Assembly: GCF_009914755.1 (NCBI RefSeq) | Contig: NC_060946.1 | DNA length: 64,000 nt | DNA from: the human T2T-CHM13v2.0 reference genome, Homo sapiens | Strand: one strand, 5' to 3' | In this document: piece after piece, positions 58,866 to 64,000 of the stretch | How positions within the stretch are numbered: position 1 is the stretch's first letter | Layout of the letters: each line of letters begins with the position of its first letter | Translations under genes and position numbers: made by a program | Notes under the pieces: generated by a model | Databases searched by the model: none | Told to the model about the DNA's origin: nothing | Seen by the model: only the letters and a program-made list of their open reading frames with translations

Positions 58866-60188
58866 GAGATAGTAAAGCTAGATAGACCCTTCTACTCTTT
58901 CTAACATGTGAGCTAACTAAAGGAAATTCATCCTTCCCCTGCTACCTGGTGCTTCAGTTTTTATAGGGGGCCTAATCCTGCAAGTCACATTGCCCCTATA
59001 AGAGGTCTGCCATTGGTTGAGATTCCCAACACCTTGTGCATTGAGGTATGAATGTTGGGAGAGAGACAAAAAGAGAAATTTAGGGGAGCAAAAAAACATG
59101 TAGAGAGCCTTTTAGTAATACCTAGGTGGGTGACCAAGCTTTATGGTACTTGGTGCAGTGCAGGTTATGAGCTGAGCCTCATCCTCATCCTGGGCACATA
59201 CTTTGAATCCTAGTTTTATGGCTAACTAGCCATGTGACCTTGGGCAAATGACTCTGCTAGCTTTACACAGAGGAAAGGAACAATGAGGGATTTTCCCTTA
59301 CAGGATCTGTTTGCCTACAATCATCAGCTTTAAAATTTAAAAAGACCCATGTGCTTGTCTCTGGATGCACTGAGGAAGGGGCTGGGGGTATTAGGACCCC
59401 CACCACATTCATGATTGGGGTGTTCAGAAATTATAAGATGCTCATCTAGCCTTTTAATTATGTTAATGTTTTGATCCATATTTGGCTATCAACTTCCTAT
59501 CTTTTCTTTACAGCAACCAGGCCAGACTATGAAGAGCAAATCTTCATTTGTTCACTCAAAAAATTGTTTTTTCTGATATTTATGGAGGATCTACTGTGTG
59601 ATGTATCTAGATCCTCAAGATACAGCATGAACAAAAAATAAAATTTTTGCCCTCGTGAAGCTTATAGTCTAATGAAGGAAGACAATGAAAACATTTTATA
59701 ATGTTTATTTCAGGGAGAGGGGGAGAAGATAGACTGTTCAGGTGGCAATAAGTTCTGTTTCCCAGTAGGAAAACAAATGAAACAAGAATCAAGCAGTGGA
59801 GAGTGAGAATATTGAGGGCTGTGGCCATTTTATATAAAGACCTTCGACAACAGGCAAGCGTGCAAATGATGCAAAGATGTTTGAAACTGTAATCAGTGAA
59901 GGCTAGCTTTAGTTCCTCTTTGTCTGTTCCCCTGGAGCTAAACCATCTCCAGGCCCCTGAGGGGTCTTCTGAAACACATGCAATTCAGACAGGCCAGGTG
60001 CAAAGCATGTGCCAGACAGGCAGGCAAAGCCAGACCTCCTTCAGACCCAAGCAGGGAATGAGTTATAGTCAGGGAGAAGTGACTCAGAGAAAGTCTTCAC
60101 ATTCTCCAGCCCTGAAGCGTTTGACCATGGCTGCAGATTGGAATCATCTGGAAAGATTCCCACTCCCCTGCCCCACCCACCCCACCCA

Positions 60189-60450
60189 AGACTGAGTCTT
60201 GCTCTGTCACCCAGGCTGGAGGGCAGTGGCACAATCTCGGCTCACTGCAACCTCTGCCTCCTGGGCTCAAGCAATTCTCCTAGCTGGGACTATAGGCATG
60301 CATCATCAAACCCGGCTAAATTTTAAATTTTTAGTAGAGACGGGGTTTCACCATGTTGGTCAGGCTGGTCTCGAACTCTTGACCTCACGATCCACCCACC
60401 TTGGCCTCACAAAGTGCTGGGATTACAGGTGTGAGCCACCACACCCGGCC
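60189..60450 (-). mobile_element. AluS with a ~17-bp internal deletion and no poly(A) tail, inserted in a MER5-like DNA transposon remnant (~60120-60580)
   Basis: agactgagtcttgctctgtcacccaggctgg...acacccggcc; ttctcc|tagctggg junction lacks tgcctcagcctcccgag; aaagatt occurs on both flanks. Confidence 0.9.
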
Positions 60451-63400
60451 AAAGATTTTTAAAATACGGTTCATCTAGCCCACTCCCAGAGACTCCAACT
60501 GGAGTCTAGGGTGGGTCTCATGTAGTGTCTTCTTAAGGCTCCCTAAGTGATTCCAAAGTGCAGCCAGGGTTGGGGACATCTGCCTGGAGACCTATGCAGG
60601 GCATTAATCATAGGAGACATGGAGGTGGCAGGATTGGCCTCAGGGGCTGGGGAGTGGAGCTTGTAAGAGGAAACTCAAAAGAGGTTAGAGCTCTTTTCTT
60701 GCTGGAAGGTGCTCCTTGGAATTCCTGCTTTGAGGATTGTTTTGCATCTTGGAAGTGCTCTCCCAAAGCAGCTGAAGGTGCCAAAAAGTAGAATCACCAC
60801 CATCACCATCCCAGAAACTCCCATCCTTGAAGGAAAAACTGGAAAAACTTAGGAGTCCAGAGGAAAGGGGCAAAGTCAAGCCCCCAGAATAGTTGCCTTC
60901 CCTTCTAGCCCAGACAAAAGTAGCTCTCGCAGTCTCCACATTCACTACTGGCCCAGCCTAGCTCACCCCCGTAGGAAATGTCACAGAAATCTGAGGCCAA
61001 CAAACACCCAGTGAGAAATCAAGGGCAGCCACTGCCTCAACTGTCCTCTTCCCTATTGGGGTGATCATGGATCTTAAGGAACTTTTCAGGGGCTGGGGAT
61101 CTTGGCCAACTCTCTCTCCATTAAACATAGCTAAGGAGTTCATGACAGGAGACAGGCAGGTGGGTGACAATTTAAAAATAAAGGAAAACAATAGCAAAGC
61201 ACGCACTAGGTACTGCCGTGAGCAAGGATGCCTTCGAATGCTTAACCTGCATCCTATTTGGAATCCCAGCACTATTGGACATGTGCAGTAGGGTCTCCGT
61301 TTTGCAGATGACAAATTCAGGGTCAGAGAGGGCAGGTAAGTTGCCTGATATCACACAACTGGCCAGACCTTTCCAAATAGCCTCATCTGGCTCCTAAGCA
61401 GTCACAGAGATGGGCCCATGTTGGCCAACACCAGTGAAGACCCTTTGAGGTTGAATTTGTAGACTGTCTCCTAATACCCACAGTCCTGGAGCTGTGCTCT
61501 GAGGAGCTGGGGTCACTCATGGCACTGTTGCACACAAGGATATCTGACCTGGCTCCTGGGAACATTTTGCATCTGCCAGGCAAGGCCAAGGGAAACTCCT
61601 CCCGCATTTGCTTTTTGTAAAGGAGATTTTGGAGGGTTAAGTTTCCAGCCTCAACAGGCTTATCAGAGAAACTCCCTCTGCTACACAGTGAATCACAGAA
61701 TAAAGTCAAACCAGCTGGCAACCCTGCTGTGCAGGGAGCCTGAACTTGATTCAGAATCCAGGGGATGAGCAGAGGGTAATGAGACTGGTGGGAGAAGGGG
61801 AAGCTAATGGGAAGGACTCATTTCTTGCTTTGTAGGGGCTGCTGCCAGACAGGGTGAGGAGGCACCCAAGACTGACAGCTTCTGCTTATGGATTTCAGCC
61901 ACACAATGATATTTTGCTTCCCCAAGCACACCCTCAACGTGACCTATATTTGGGTGTAATAAAAATTGCATGCTGGGTGGATTTTCTTAGCAACACATGT
62001 TCTTCTGACCTTGCCTGCCAGTTCCTAGGCCCTAAGTGCACAAGGCAGCAGATCATACAGATGCACCCTCTGCCTCCATTCAACCAAGGTCAGTAGCCAA
62101 CTGTGGGCCAGTCCCAGCGCTTCTCATGAGCCTTTGCACCAAACTCAGCCCAAGGAGATCCTGAGTAGCTGCTCTGGGTCAGTAGAGAATGTCTTTCTAG
62201 TTGGAGAAGCCAGCATCTCACCCATGGAGGTATTTTATTATCACTAGATTGCCAAAATGCTCTGCTCATCAAGAAATAAGAAGAGGGGGCTCCGTTTTCC
62301 TCCCATCACACCTGTTTCTCCCAGTTGCCCTCATTCAGAGGGCAAGTAGTACATTTCTCAGAACAGTATACAAATTCTCAGATCCAGCCCGATCAGCTCT
62401 GTTTCCCTCAATGCTGCCCCACTTGCCCCTGCCTTTCTCGTGCTTTCTCCAAGGCCCTGACTCCAGCCTCACCCTTCTACCTTGATGCACCAACTGGCCA
62501 TCTTCCCAGTTTCCCATCTTTGGCTTTATTTCCTGAGCTCTCTCATCTTACCTCTGGCAGAGCTCAGCACAGACTGATAATTCAGTAATAAACCTTCAGT
62601 CTGGCATGTCCAAGACAGTTACCATGTAATCTAATTGGAGAGGGAAACCCTGGATGAATCTGTTTCATTGCTTCTCATTACCCATTACAATTGGATAATT
62701 TTGAGTCCTGAAGACTTTTCAATTCAGTTTAGTGGGCATATACTATACACCTATTATACACTTATTATACATCTACTAGATATGTGTATAGCACTGGGCT
62801 GGATGCCCTATGAGACAGATGATGGCACAGAATGTTGGTGCTCAGAGAAACCAGCAAAAGAAATTCTTAATACGTAACCTATGGAGCCCTGGGGTTATTA
62901 CATGGATGGTTCCAAGTTCTCTAAAAACAAGACAGAAATTTTTATTTCATAAATTTCCCTCATGCTACGTTGTAAATTGCCTGTCTGGGAAAACATTTTT
63001 ATGTCAAATTATATTGTTAAGGTACTGTTTTCCTCTTAACAAGTACTATAATCATGGTCATCATTTTATGGTATTTAGAATAGAATCTCAAAGTGATAGG
63101 AAAGAAGAAAACCTACTTGCAATTATGACTCCAACATGGCTGGTCTAAATCAGTCCTAGCTTGACCTTGAAAATGTCAGCAAAGCTCACCTTGCCCATAC
63201 TTTCATCACCAAACACGGCAGAGCTCCAACGTGGCTGTCCTTTTGAATGACTGTGATCTTGCCACAGAAAGCTTAGAGCCAATCTAACTGAATTGTCACC
63301 TGACCTTTGCCCATTCTTAATCTAACATTGGACAGTATAAGTCACTGGAAAAAGAATGCTCAAAGCAAAGTCTACAGTGTTCTCCTGAATAGCAATGGCA

Positions 63401-63520
63401 ACAACAATAACAATTAAAAAACAACACAGCAAGAATAATGGCTAACCTTCATTGAGTGCTGATTAAGTACCAGGCATTCTGCCAAGGACTATACATATCA
63501 TAGTTCACTTAATTCTTTTA

Positions 63521-63546
63521 ACACACACACACACACACACACACAC
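63521..63546. repeat. (AC)13 microsatellite within a MIR remnant
   Basis: Directly visible. Confidence 0.9.
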
Positions 63547-64000
63547 CACATTAGATATTCTGTCATTCTTCACGTTTCAGATTTTTAAAAGACTAAGGCC
63601 TAGAAAGATTAAGTAGCTTTCCCAAGGCCACACAGCTGGGAAAGGGGAAACCAAGATGCAAATCTTTTTTCACCTACCTCAGAGGACAGCACTGTACCTC
63701 AAAGCTATAGCATCTTGCCCGCCACTCTCCTTAATCTTGGAGTAGTGGGTTCCTGTGTTCCATTATTGGGAGAGAAATTTACTGGTGAACAAATGGATGA
63801 TATCTTGATGCTGTAGGTGACATGGAATGGCTGATGAAGCTAACGTGGTTGCCCTAGGCTGCTGTGGAGCTACGAACAGTTGTCTGTTCTCTTCAACCCA
63901 TTGGTGGAGGCACCAATCCCATTTCCCGGTGCCAGCATCAGCTCCTCTATCTCCTATGGTGATCTATTTCCCAGACCACAGCACAACCAGCCCCCTCCCC

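Noticed and set aside
60958-63148. Several 80-118 aa ORFs near the right end
   Set aside because: No recognisable homology; they occur on both strands amid MIR debris and are likely spurious.

Overview
This is primate, most likely human, genomic DNA that is non-coding and dominated by transposable elements. I see no supportable protein-coding gene, RNA gene or CRISPR array. The longer ORFs in the track are fragments of dead retroelements, and the rest look like chance ORFs. Main contents, left to right: (1) the 3' ~3.8 kb of a frameshifted L1PA; (2) an old minus-strand ERVL (LTR16-type) remnant interrupted by MLT1 and MLT2 LTRs; (3) a complete two-LTR HERV-H provirus (15462-20880, TSD GTAAT, common pol/env-deleted form), followed 684 bp later by a different-subtype solo LTR7 in the opposite orientation; (4) a full-length THE1D MaLR element with TSD; (5) a nested stack of old L1M > ERV1 LTR > MER41A plus AluSc; (6) about a dozen Alus, solo THE1 and ERVL LTRs, MER58A, and L2/MIR/L3 debris. 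I did not find a convincing new biological system. The best leads are the convergent HERV-H/solo-LTR7 arrangement, a 122-bp local copy pasted into an old L1, a 45-bp alternating-palindrome cluster of FOX/GATA motifs, and an Alu whose poly(A) tail position holds a G-quadruplex-like tract. Repeat subfamily names come from recalled consensus sequences and need RepeatMasker/Dfam confirmation. Mismatch counts are by eye.
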